Positions 33,807 through 42,383 of a stretch of DNA of 42,385 nt are shown one piece after another. The stretch's first letter is position 1, and every line of letters begins with the position of its first letter. The translations under genes and the position numbers were made by a program. The DNA comes from Candidatus Woesearchaeota archaeon (GTDB taxonomy: Archaea > Nanobdellota > Nanobdellia > Woesearchaeales > GW2011-AR9): the NCBI GenBank assembly GCA_013204355.1, contig JABMOA010000006.1:1-42385 (forward strand), read 5' to 3'. The notes under the pieces are model-generated. The model had not been told where the DNA came from and made no database searches. It saw nothing but the letters and a program-made list of their open reading frames with translations.

Positions 33807-34475
33807 TTATCCAGTAATCTTTTCTCTACAAGTAATCCTTAATTCTTTAAAGGTTAGTTGATCACAAATTGTCATGTCGCCCTTAAGTTTTGCAACTTTT
33901 GCAATACAAACTTCTGCATTTAATAGATTCTTTATTTTCTTACATGTTTCTACATCTTTGGTAGCTTGTGCGATTTTATTAAAACAAATATCTTTATCGG
34001 GATTATTGAGGATAAAACACAGACCTGCCTTGTTTGTCTTTAAGGCAACGTCCATGTAACATTCCATGTATTGCAGGTCATTAAATATTTCACCACAAAA
34101 CTGACCTTTCTCTTCCTCTAATGCAAATTTATTATAACAATTATCATGCCAATAAACATTTTCAATATCATCACACGCATCTGGATTATTTTTTAAGATT
34201 GCAATCTCAGATTGACAGAACCCTTGCGTTGTTTCATCTTTCACTAATTTACATGCATCTAAACTCTGACTTTTCTTTGCAAGTTCTACAACACAAGTAT
34301 CTCTTACAACTTCACTCTTAACCTTACTACATGTTCCTGCTTCCATATAACAATAATCTTTCTGACCACCTTCTAAAGCAGAACAAGGGTCATTTGGATC
34401 TACTGGTTCTTTGAATAAGGTACATCCTGCGAAAAGGAGTGTTAATGCCAATAAGATAATTATTAAATATTTCAT
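33807..34475 (-). CDS. Cys-rich repeat lipoprotein
   Basis: Lipobox LLFAGC, then 22 further Cys in a quasi-periodic D-x-C...C pattern (DACKLV, DACDDI, DICFNK, ETCKKI). Confidence 0.65.
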   Translation of the reverse strand: MKYLIIILLALTLLFAGCTLFKEPVDPNDPCSALEGGQKDYCYMEAGTCSKVKSEVVRDTCVVELAKKSQSLDACKLVKDETTQGFCQSEIAILKNNPDACDDIENVYWHDNCYNKFALEEEKGQFCGEIFNDLQYMECYMDVALKTNKAGLCFILNNPDKDICFNKIAQATKDVETCKKIKNLLNAEVCIAKVAKLKGDMTICDQLTFKELRITCREKITG

Positions 34476-34535
34476 TTTATGTGTATTTAGAGAAATCTCC
34501 TTTTAAGTTTTGTGGAAGTGGAGAAATATAATGGA

Positions 34536-34577
34536 AAAAAGAAAATATGTGGACGGCAGGGTTTGAACCTGCGTAGG
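34536..34577. repeat. 42-bp perfect direct repeat, copy 1 (copy 2 at 34615-34656)
   Basis: aaaaagaaaatatgtggacggcagggtttgaacctgcgtagg occurs twice with a 79-bp offset. It covers the tRNA-Leu 3' end plus 12 nt of downstream flank. Confidence 0.85.
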
Positions 34578-34610
34578 AACTGCGCATAAGGGCAGTCTGC
34601 CCTTATCAAC
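34548..34610 (-). pseudogene. Orphan tRNA-Leu 3' half (T-arm + acceptor 3' strand + flank) preceded by a novel 7-bp hairpin
   Basis: The minus strand reads GTTGATAAGGGCAGACTGCCCTTATGCGCAGTTCCTACGCAGGTTCAAACCCTGCCGTCCACA. No complementary 5' acceptor strand lies nearby. Confidence 0.5.
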
Positions 34611-34626
34611 CCTCAAAAAGAAAATA

Positions 34627-34710
34627 TGTGGACGGCAGGGTTTGAACCTGCGTAGGCACTAAGCCACTGGGTCCTAAGCCCAGCCCGTTTGACCGCTCCG
34701 GCACGTCCAC
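34627..34710 (-). tRNA. tRNA-Leu (anticodon UAG), class II, no intron, CCA not encoded
   Basis: GTGGACG-TG-CCGGAGCGGTCAAACGG-G-CTGGG-CTTAGGA-CCCAG-long variable arm-GCAGG-TTCAAAC-CCTGC-CGTCCAC-A. Confidence 0.9.
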
Positions 34711-34754
34711 GTAAACGTATCATTATAGTAGTTTATTTAAAAAAGTATCTATGT

Positions 34755-36329
34755 TTAAACGATCTTAAACAATTTCACAACTCTCTCTTTTCCAATTTCA
34801 AGAATGAATGAAGCTAATCGTGGTCCTTGATCTTTGTTGATTAAGACATTATACGCAATCTTAAAGAAATCTTTGATTGGAAAATCTGCGTTTTTACATA
34901 AGATGTACATTTCTTCATGTAACTCTTTATCTGTCCATTCTTTCTCTTCTAGTTTTTCTGCTACTTGATGTAAAATTGCTTTCTCTTGTTTTGCGAGAGT
35001 AACTTGGGATTTCTTTTGAACTGTAAATGTGAATTCGTCAGGTGCATATTTTTTGATCCAATTAATCGCACATTCTGCTCTGGTCCTTAAACGTTGTTTA
35101 TCATGCTCATTCTTGAGTTCTTTTTCAAAATAGCCAATGACTTTATCTATATCACATTCATAAATTTGTAAAAATGTTGTTAAATGACGGAAGCTTGGTT
35201 GATAAGGGATAGTTTTAGGAATTTTGCCAATATAACTTAATTCATATGCAACAGACATTTTGATTTTATCTTTTTCATTAACGTGGTGTTCACCAAAGTA
35301 CACTCGTTCTACTTTATCAAATTCTTCATAGATTGCAATGACATCTACATCAAATGAAATTGCAAATTCTCTATTTGGACGTGTACCTGCAAATAAGTAT
35401 CGTGCAACTTCTGGTTCGTAAATTTCTAATACATCAGATAAGGTTGTAACATCTCCTGAGGAAGAAGACATTTTTCCAGAACCACCTTTAATGCGAATAA
35501 AATCATACATCACATAAGTTGGTGCATCAAATCCATAAACTTCTTTACAGATTTGTTTTCCTGTATCAAAACTTCCACCTTTCGTAGAATGGTCCTTTCC
35601 ACCAGGTTCAAAATCTACGTTTTCATACATCCATCGCATTGGCCAATCAATCCGCCATTTTAATTTAACATTTCCATCTTTACGAATGTCAACGGTTTCA
35701 GTTGTATCACCACTTAATTTGTAAGAAATTCCCCACTTGCCATCCCATGTTAAATCTGTAACATCATCTGTCCCTAACTTTTTTGAAAAAACTGCGATAG
35801 GTAACCAACTGTCTTCTAAAGGATGTTCTCTATATTGATTGATAATTTTTTTAATTTCTGTAGTATGTTCTAATGCTATTTTGATTTCTTTTGCATATGT
35901 GCCTTTTCTATACATTTTGTGTTGATAAATAAATTCTGGATTAATCCCTACACGCTTCACAGCTTCTTCTACTGCAACTTGATTATGTCGTGCATAACTT
36001 TCATGCATATCATAAGGATCTGGAACATCTACAATTGCTTTTCGTAATTGTTTTTCAAGTTCTTTTTGTTTTGGCATGCCTTTAGGTACTTTTCTAAATA
36101 CGTCGTAATCATCCCATGAATAAATAAAGCGCACTTTCTTTCCTTTCTTTTCTAGTGCACGTTTAACTAAATCTACTGTAATGATCTCTCTAAAATTTCC
36201 AATGTGAACGACTCCAGAAGGCGTGATTCCTGAAGCAACAGTATACTCTTTCTTATCCCCTTTTTGTCGGATAATGTTATCTGCTGCGACATCAGTCCAA
36301 TGAAAGGATTGTTGTTCTTGTGCCATCAA
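34755..36329 (-). CDS. lysK: Lysyl-tRNA synthetase, class I
   Basis: HIGNFRE (HIGH-type) and KMSSSSG (KMSKS-type) motifs; 524 aa with archaeal class I LysRS architecture. Confidence 0.9.
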   Translation of the reverse strand: MMAQEQQSFHWTDVAADNIIRQKGDKKEYTVASGITPSGVVHIGNFREIITVDLVKRALEKKGKKVRFIYSWDDYDVFRKVPKGMPKQKELEKQLRKAIVDVPDPYDMHESYARHNQVAVEEAVKRVGINPEFIYQHKMYRKGTYAKEIKIALEHTTEIKKIINQYREHPLEDSWLPIAVFSKKLGTDDVTDLTWDGKWGISYKLSGDTTETVDIRKDGNVKLKWRIDWPMRWMYENVDFEPGGKDHSTKGGSFDTGKQICKEVYGFDAPTYVMYDFIRIKGGSGKMSSSSGDVTTLSDVLEIYEPEVARYLFAGTRPNREFAISFDVDVIAIYEEFDKVERVYFGEHHVNEKDKIKMSVAYELSYIGKIPKTIPYQPSFRHLTTFLQIYECDIDKVIGYFEKELKNEHDKQRLRTRAECAINWIKKYAPDEFTFTVQKKSQVTLAKQEKAILHQVAEKLEEKEWTDKELHEEMYILCKNADFPIKDFFKIAYNVLINKDQGPRLASFILEIGKERVVKLFKIV

Positions 36330-36548
36330 ATCAGTGAGTGAGGTGAGTTATATAAAGATTTCCTCCAAACTTTATCAAAGTGCGAAGAAATTGAAGATTT
36401 CTAGCACGCCAAAAATCACATAGATTTTTTAGCGTTTGATCAAAAATATATGGCATTCGTTTACACTCAACCATATTTTAAAGTGTATAAATTTGTTAGT
36501 TACTTTTATAAACCACAAAAATTTACTATATATAAAAAAGAGGTACAT

Positions 36549-37427
36549 ATGATTATTACAAGCTGTGGGAATTCTGTAAAGTTAGCGAAGCAACTAGCGA
36601 AAAAGCTGAGATGTAAATATGTACCATTAGAAGTAGGAGCATTTCCTGATGGCGATATGCTCATGCGATTTAAGGCGAAATCTTTTAAGAAAAAGAAGGT
36701 TGTGATTGTACAATCATTTCAACCAAATCCTGATATGAGTTTGTTTGATATTATTTGGGCTGCGGAAACGGCAAAAGATTTGGGAGCGAAAAAGGTGATT
36801 CTTGTTGCACCGTATCTTGCATACATGCGTCAAGATAAGAGATTTAATCCTGGTGAAGCTGTTTCATCTAGAATAATGTCTAAGTTATTAAACAAATCTA
36901 TTGATAAAATAATTACAATTGATCCTCATTTACATAGATACAAATCATTGAAAGATATTTTTACAATTTCTGCAGTAAAGTTAACTGCTAATGATTTAAT
37001 TGGAGATTTTATTAAAAAGAAAATTAAAAATCCTGTGATTATGGGTCCTGATTGGGAATCATACCAATGGGCTGATAAAATTGCAAAGCAAGTAGGAGCT
37101 GAAAGTACATGCTTGGCTAAAACACGATTTTCATATAGAAGAGTCACATCTAAGATGACGAAAGATGTTGAAATCAAAGGAAAAAATGTAATTATTATAG
37201 ATGATATTATTTCTACAGGACATACAATTATTGAAGCTGCAAAAAAAGCGAATAAAAAAGGTGCAAAATCTGTAACTGCAATTGGTGTTCATGGATTATT
37301 TGTTGAAGGAATGGATCAGTTAAAGAAACACGTTGATTATATTTATACGACAAATACGATTGAACATAAAACAAATAAGATTGATATCCTTCCGTTAGTG
37401 TTAAAAGAATTAGCAAAAGAAGAATAA
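36549..37427 (+). CDS. prs: Ribose-phosphate pyrophosphokinase (PRPP synthetase)
   Basis: FPDGDMLMRF, YLAYMRQDKRF and IIIDDIISTGHT PRPP-binding loop. The start is set at MIITSCG. Confidence 0.9.
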   Translation: MIITSCGNSVKLAKQLAKKLRCKYVPLEVGAFPDGDMLMRFKAKSFKKKKVVIVQSFQPNPDMSLFDIIWAAETAKDLGAKKVILVAPYLAYMRQDKRFNPGEAVSSRIMSKLLNKSIDKIITIDPHLHRYKSLKDIFTISAVKLTANDLIGDFIKKKIKNPVIMGPDWESYQWADKIAKQVGAESTCLAKTRFSYRRVTSKMTKDVEIKGKNVIIIDDIISTGHTIIEAAKKANKKGAKSVTAIGVHGLFVEGMDQLKKHVDYIYTTNTIEHKTNKIDILPLVLKELAKEE

Positions 37428-37429
37428 AT

Positions 37430-37720
37430 TTAATTATATAATGCTTTCTTTAAACCAGTATACGTTCCTGATGCTCCTTTTGTTATAGCTACAGAAGTTA
37501 AGTATGCTGTTAACACAGCGCCACCTGCAAGAGTTGCTGCCATGGTTCCATTAAGAATTTTATCTAATAATTCAGGAGATTGATGAAAAAAATTTGCAGA
37601 TTCAATTGCACCACTTGCATAAAAAGAAGATAATGATGCAATCAAAGGAGATACTTCTAAAAGAATCAATGAATCGTAGAGTCTTAATTTTTCTTGTTTT
37701 GCTAAGTTATCTAATATCAT
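37430..37720 (-). CDS. Hypothetical 96-aa protein with a Gly/Ala-rich hydrophobic C-terminal segment
   Basis: ORF begins 1 nt after the stop of the upstream 128-aa gene. It contains GTMAATLAGGAVLTAYLTSVAI. Confidence 0.5.
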   Translation of the reverse strand: MILDNLAKQEKLRLYDSLILLEVSPLIASLSSFYASGAIESANFFHQSPELLDKILNGTMAATLAGGAVLTAYLTSVAITKGASGTYTGLKKALYN

Positions 37721-37721
37721 T

Positions 37722-38108
37722 TTAATTAGTCAATCTCTTAGTTGCCACATCTAAAATCCGATAACAACTCTCTAAATCATGCAATTTAAGTCCTGATTCA
37801 AGTGTAAATTTGACTCTGGAATCATAGGGATGGTTATCAAATTGACCAGATTCATCATATCCATATCGCTCAAAAACACCTCTTGACACCATACGGTCAG
37901 TATTTATACTAAACCTATTTGTTAATTCATAATGTTCTTGCTCAGACATATCTTCCAAAGCATCTAATGCAATTTCTATAGCTGGAAGGTATTCACGAAG
38001 TTCTAAGTCTACAAGTAAACCTGTATTTGAGGGTAATGTTTCTCCTGCAAATTGATACGCCCTTTGAAATGCTTGCTTAGCTTCAATTAAATACTCTATA
38101 TTTTCCAT
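37722..38108 (-). CDS. Hypothetical 128-aa acidic protein
   Basis: ORF with a GGAG about 8 nt upstream and a TATA-like ggtttataaag further upstream. Confidence 0.55.
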   Translation of the reverse strand: MENIEYLIEAKQAFQRAYQFAGETLPSNTGLLVDLELREYLPAIEIALDALEDMSEQEHYELTNRFSINTDRMVSRGVFERYGYDESGQFDNHPYDSRVKFTLESGLKLHDLESCYRILDVATKRLTN

Positions 38109-38185
38109 ATTAATATCTCCTCTATTTAGGTATAAAAAAATAGAATACTTTATAAACCTTTTGTCCCTTCCAAGTGATTATAGAT

Positions 38186-38770
38186 TCAGGCGACTCTTTT
38201 TTTCTCTATCTTTTCAACAGTTGCTGTTAATGAAGATATCCATTGTTCTGCATCATTCGTTACTTCTTCAAATTCAGAAATGAATTTCATTAAATCGTTA
38301 AGAAGTATCTCAATTCTATGAATTTCTGTTTTTCTCTTAATATGACGATCAAGTAAAATAAAAGCACTTTTTAAATTAATAAAAACTCTTTGTAATTCTC
38401 CTGTATGGGAGGATAATTCTTCAATTAATTTTTCTTGTGCGATGTTAAAATCTTCCTGATATTGAAGAGGTACCGCAAGTGTTGTAAATTCTTCCCGAAG
38501 ATCATGACCATAATGGTTAGATTGATATTCTGCTTGAGAAGCAAAACGAAGTTTTTCACATGCATTAGAAATATCGTTTTTCATTTTTCTCAAAAGAAAT
38601 TGTTCTTCAGTTCTAAATGTTCCATCTTTTTCTTGACGGTTTAATACTCCTTGAATTTCTGATTCAACTTTTTTTAAATTTATTAAATGTTCTTTAGCAT
38701 GTGCTATATTTTCCTTTAATTCACCTACATATTTAAATTCCACAGCTAACCATTTTAAAATATTATTCAT
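38186..38770 (-). CDS. Hypothetical ~194-aa all-helical protein, translationally coupled to the adenosyltransferase gene
   Basis: The ATG at 38770 overlaps the pduO-like stop within ATGAATAA. The sequence is predicted to be coiled-coil rich. Confidence 0.55.
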   Translation of the reverse strand: MNNILKWLAVEFKYVGELKENIAHAKEHLINLKKVESEIQGVLNRQEKDGTFRTEEQFLLRKMKNDISNACEKLRFASQAEYQSNHYGHDLREEFTTLAVPLQYQEDFNIAQEKLIEELSSHTGELQRVFINLKSAFILLDRHIKRKTEIHRIEILLNDLMKFISEFEEVTNDAEQWISSLTATVEKIEKKRVA

Positions 38771-39332
38771 TTTTTTTGACCTCATTAAAATATTTGTAAA
38801 TTGGTTGTTGCTCTTTGACTTCTAATTCATTATTTGAATGACGTGCTAATACATAAAACAAATCGCTCAACCTATTAACGTAACATAAAACTGAAGGATT
38901 AATAAGATGATTGGTACTTGCTTTTACTAAAATACGTTCTGTTCTCCTCGTTATGGAACAACATAAATGGAGAAAGGAACTTGCTATAGTTCCACCTGGC
39001 AATATAAATGATGTTTGTGGGCTAAGAACATTTGTAAAACCATCAATATGTTCTTCTAAATCTTTGATATGTTGTGATTCTATTTTTGGGATATCGTAAT
39101 CTGGAAGATGAGAACTTGCCATATCTGACCCAACCGTAAAAAGGTCATGTTGTATTTTTGAAAGTAATTCCCGTAGCTTTTCATTTTCTGTAAAACAGAG
39201 TGTTACCCCAATGATTGAATTTAATTCATCAACAGATCCAATTACTTCTATCCGAAGATCATCTTTGGGAACTCTTGTGCCTCCATAAAAAGATGTTTTT
39301 CCTTGATCACCTGTTTTTGTATATATTCTCAT
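38763..39332 (-). CDS. pduO: PduO-type ATP:cob(I)alamin adenosyltransferase
   Basis: MRIYTKTGDQGKTSFYGGTRVPKDDLRIEVIGSVDELNS is the canonical PduO/MMAB N-terminus. The start is trimmed to 39332, 16 nt after the nrdJ stop. Confidence 0.85.
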   Translation of the reverse strand: MRIYTKTGDQGKTSFYGGTRVPKDDLRIEVIGSVDELNSIIGVTLCFTENEKLRELLSKIQHDLFTVGSDMASSHLPDYDIPKIESQHIKDLEEHIDGFTNVLSPQTSFILPGGTIASSFLHLCCSITRRTERILVKASTNHLINPSVLCYVNRLSDLFYVLARHSNNELEVKEQQPIYKYFNEVKKNE

Positions 39333-39348
39333 TACCCACCTTTTATTA

Positions 39349-41409
39349 TCAATATCCATCTCCAATATTAATGACTTGATCTTCGTAACTTCCATCTCTA
39401 TAAATGGTAATTCCTTTACACTTTGATTTCCATGCAAGCATATACGCATTTTCTACGTCTTTAATAGATGTTGTTCGTGGGAAGTTAATTGTTTTTGAGA
39501 TGGAATTGTCAACATTCTTTTGTAATGTTGCTTGCATTTTAATATGCCATTCAGGTGTAATGTCTTGTGCTGTTACAAAAATATCTCGCACGTCTTTTGG
39601 AATTTCTTTGAATCCTTGAATTCCTCCTGATTTTGCAATCTTCCTAATTAATTCAGGCGTATAAAATCCTCGTTCTTTTGCAACGTTCTCAAATGTTTTG
39701 TTTAAGTAAATTATTTCAGAATCACCTAATACTGTTTTTTGGTAAGAGATTGCAAATAATGGTTCGCATCCGGGAGATGCATCAGCAAGAATACTAATTG
39801 TGCCTGTTGGTGCAAGAGAATTACAGGTAAGATTTCTCATTTTTCTTCCTGCTTGTTCATGTTCAGAACCGCTCCAAGCTGGGCAAGATCCACGTTGTTC
39901 AGCAAGTTTAGATGACATTTCATAGGTTGTATTTTTAATAAAAACCATTAATTTATCTGCGACTTCTAATCCTTGATCTGAGTCATATTTGATACCTAGT
40001 TTGATTAGAAAATCTGCAAAACCCATCATTCCAAGCCCGAATTTTCTGGTATGTTTTGTTCGGTCTTCAATTTCTTTTTGAGGATAACTATTCATATCAA
40101 TAACATTATCTAAAAAGTGAACAGCAGTTTTGATTGTTTCATAAAGATCATCCCACAAAATTTCTTTGTTTTCTACAAATTTGTTTAGATTTAATGATCC
40201 TAGAACTACGCCTTCATAGGGAAGAAGAGGTGCTTCCCCACATTGATTCGTTGTTTCAATGTCTCCAAGATGATTCCCAGGATGTTTTCTATTAATTTCA
40301 TCTATAAAAATTAATCCAGGGTCACCTGTTTTCCATGCATTCTGTGTAATCATTGAAAATACGTCACGTGCCCGAAGTTTTCCATGCTGCTTTCCTGATT
40401 TGGGATCTGTGATCATGTAATCTCTATCTGCTTCTACAGATTTCATGAACCTATCTGTCACACCTACAGAAATATTGAAATTTTTGAGTGACATCTTATC
40501 TCGTTTTGATTCTATGAAACGAATGATGTCTGGGTGATCAACACGCAATACTGCCATATTTGCGCCTGGCCGGATTCCTCCTTGAACGATTGCACCAAAG
40601 GCTTTATCATAAACTTTCATAAATGCAACAGGGCCTGCTGCAATTCCTTGGTGCCTTCCAACCGCATCCATTCTAGGACGCAAACGTGAAAATGAAAAAC
40701 CGGTACCAGATCCACGTTGATGAATAAGAGCTGCATCTTTTAATGTTCCAAAAATTCCTTCCATTGTATCTTGGATTGGAAGAACGAAACAAGAAGAAAG
40801 TTGTTGGGTTTTTGTTCCTGCGTTTTTTAAGGTTGGAGAATTTGGCATGAATTTTAATTCTGACATAACATTAAAAAAACGTTCTTGATAATTTTTAATT
40901 TCTGTATCTGTACCATTATAAAATTTATCAGCTTTCGCAACATTTTCTGAGACTCGTTGTAACATCTGTTGAGGTGTTTCAGTGAGATTTCCAGTGACAT
41001 CTTTTTGAAGATATCGTCGTTCCAGAATTCTGAGAGCTTGATGTGAAAAATTTAAACTCTCATGTGATTCACCTGTACCAATGATTAAAGCAGATGTTTT
41101 TCTTTGCTCATCTTTTTGATGTCTGTGAAGAATGTAGGCTTTTGCAATTTTCACATGACCCCTTTCTATAAGAACTTCTTCTACTAAATCCTGCACAACC
41201 TCAGCAGAAGGTATATTATCCTTATGACGTGCCTTAAGATATGTTAATACATCATTTGCTAATCCGAGTGAGAGAGTACGATCTGCGAGATTTACAGATA
41301 ATGCTGCTTTAAAAATCGCATCTGCTATTTTGACATGATCAAATACAACAACTTTCCCACTACGTTTTTTAATTCCTGTGAGTTCTGTTAATTTATGTGG
41401 ATCTTGCAT
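39349..41409 (-). CDS. nrdJ: Class II (adenosylcobalamin-dependent) ribonucleotide reductase, short type with an N-terminal ATP-cone
   Basis: ATP-cone (VVVFDHVKIADAIFKA), active-site region SSCFVLP, NQCGEAPL, and SISKTINFP...ITIYRDGS. It ends without a Cys-rich tail. Confidence 0.9.
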   Translation of the reverse strand: MQDPHKLTELTGIKKRSGKVVVFDHVKIADAIFKAALSVNLADRTLSLGLANDVLTYLKARHKDNIPSAEVVQDLVEEVLIERGHVKIAKAYILHRHQKDEQRKTSALIIGTGESHESLNFSHQALRILERRYLQKDVTGNLTETPQQMLQRVSENVAKADKFYNGTDTEIKNYQERFFNVMSELKFMPNSPTLKNAGTKTQQLSSCFVLPIQDTMEGIFGTLKDAALIHQRGSGTGFSFSRLRPRMDAVGRHQGIAAGPVAFMKVYDKAFGAIVQGGIRPGANMAVLRVDHPDIIRFIESKRDKMSLKNFNISVGVTDRFMKSVEADRDYMITDPKSGKQHGKLRARDVFSMITQNAWKTGDPGLIFIDEINRKHPGNHLGDIETTNQCGEAPLLPYEGVVLGSLNLNKFVENKEILWDDLYETIKTAVHFLDNVIDMNSYPQKEIEDRTKHTRKFGLGMMGFADFLIKLGIKYDSDQGLEVADKLMVFIKNTTYEMSSKLAEQRGSCPAWSGSEHEQAGRKMRNLTCNSLAPTGTISILADASPGCEPLFAISYQKTVLGDSEIIYLNKTFENVAKERGFYTPELIRKIAKSGGIQGFKEIPKDVRDIFVTAQDITPEWHIKMQATLQKNVDNSISKTINFPRTTSIKDVENAYMLAWKSKCKGITIYRDGSYEDQVINIGDGY

Positions 41410-41465
41410 TAAGTGTTTAAGGGGAGTAGGACTTTAAATATTTATTGGAATAAAAAATAAAAAAA

Positions 41466-42383
41466 TTAACTACACCCAGTAGTCTCTCCACACACTTCAC
41501 ACAGCATACAGGTCCCATTCTGTCGCATTTGTGATGCACCACAACTTCTACATTTTTCTTTATCTTCCGAATTCTTTGAGGAAGGACTAGAAATGTTTGC
41601 ATTTCTATTTGCTTCTTTAGATTCTATTGTTACTGTAGTTTTCTGAACTTCAACCTTTCCAATATCGTCAAACTCCAATAAGAATTCTTTTAACTCATTC
41701 AGAACTGGATGTCCGTCTGATGCAAGAAATTTTTCTGCAATAAGATGTGGGCTTAGTCCTTGGGACAAACTGAAGTTTACTGCTGTTAAGATTGTATTCA
41801 AAAGAACTTCTTGTGCTGGTACGAGCCCTTCCATACTAAAAGAAACTTCTTTCAATGTTCCTTCATCTTCACGTCCTTTCAATTCTAATTTCCTTGGGCC
41901 AACTTTAACTCTTTTGATTACGTTGTTGATTATGATGGTTCCTGAACTTGCTACTTCCTCAACAGGTGTTTCAAAGATTTCTTTGAGTTGTGTGTTTCCT
42001 TCTAATGTTGTATTAAGAGGTTGAGATAATTTACATCCATCTCGGTAAAGCGCAGTTGCTTTCGTTCCCATTGCCCATGCATCATAATATGCTTGTTTGA
42101 TTTGTTCAACAGTCCAATCAGGGGGCATGTTGATTGTTTTTGAAATTGCACCTGAGATAAATGCTTGTGCAGCTGCTAACATTTTCAAATGACCATAAGG
42201 ATGAATATATCTCTCTCCTTTCTTTCCACATTTATTTGCACAATCAAAAATTGGAAGATGTTCTTCTTTCAAATGAGGTGCACCTTCTAAAGTCATAGTT
42301 CCACAGATGTATTCATTTGCGTCAGCAATTTGTTGTTGTGAGAATCCTAGTGCTGTAAGGAGATCTCCTTTTTTACCTTGCAT
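41466..42383 (-). CDS. nrdJ: C-terminal ~305 aa of a second, long-type class II ribonucleotide reductase (5' end outside the window)
   Basis: LEGAPHL..EHLPIFDCANKCG, AISKTINMP...ALYRDGCKLSQPL, and a C-terminal CRSC...CMLCEVCGETTGCS zinc-ribbon/redox tail. Confidence 0.85.
   Translation of the reverse strand: MQGKKGDLLTALGFSQQQIADANEYICGTMTLEGAPHLKEEHLPIFDCANKCGKKGERYIHPYGHLKMLAAAQAFISGAISKTINMPPDWTVEQIKQAYYDAWAMGTKATALYRDGCKLSQPLNTTLEGNTQLKEIFETPVEEVASSGTIIINNVIKRVKVGPRKLELKGREDEGTLKEVSFSMEGLVPAQEVLLNTILTAVNFSLSQGLSPHLIAEKFLASDGHPVLNELKEFLLEFDDIGKVEVQKTTVTIESKEANRNANISSPSSKNSEDKEKCRSCGASQMRQNGTCMLCEVCGETTGCS

Noticed and set aside
34536-34656. The 42-bp direct repeat could be attL/attR of an integrated element.
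   Set aside because: The copies are only 37 bp apart, and no integrase or foreign gene block lies next to them. At most this is a scar of a past event.
36450-36548. N-terminal extensions suggested by the longest-ORF calls: prs from 36450, pduO-like from 39449, trhO from 18037, the methyltransferase from 15147, the membrane protein from 3778 and the GHKL protein from TTG 33096.
   Set aside because: The extensions overlap neighbouring genes or lack homology-like sequence. In each case an internal ATG sits 20-30 nt downstream of a TATA-like element and coincides with the start of the conserved domain.
934-41602. About 40 short (60-120 aa) ORFs in the track lie antisense or out of frame inside long recognisable genes. 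Examples are 934..1143, 7164..7648, 8125..8493, 13361..13585, 23622..23951, 30120..30686 and 39404..39619.
   Set aside because: They are shadow ORFs of the kind expected in AT-rich DNA. Each is fully contained within a gene with strong motif support on the other strand or frame.
39349-42383. The two nrdJ ORFs could be one gene split by a frameshift or intein, or a NrdJa/NrdJb-type split reductase.
   Set aside because: Both ORFs contain their own copy of the same C-terminal core motifs (ISKTIN.P...YRDG). The downstream one starts with a complete ATP-cone, and a 56-nt AT-rich spacer with promoter-like sequence separates them. They are paralogues, not halves.
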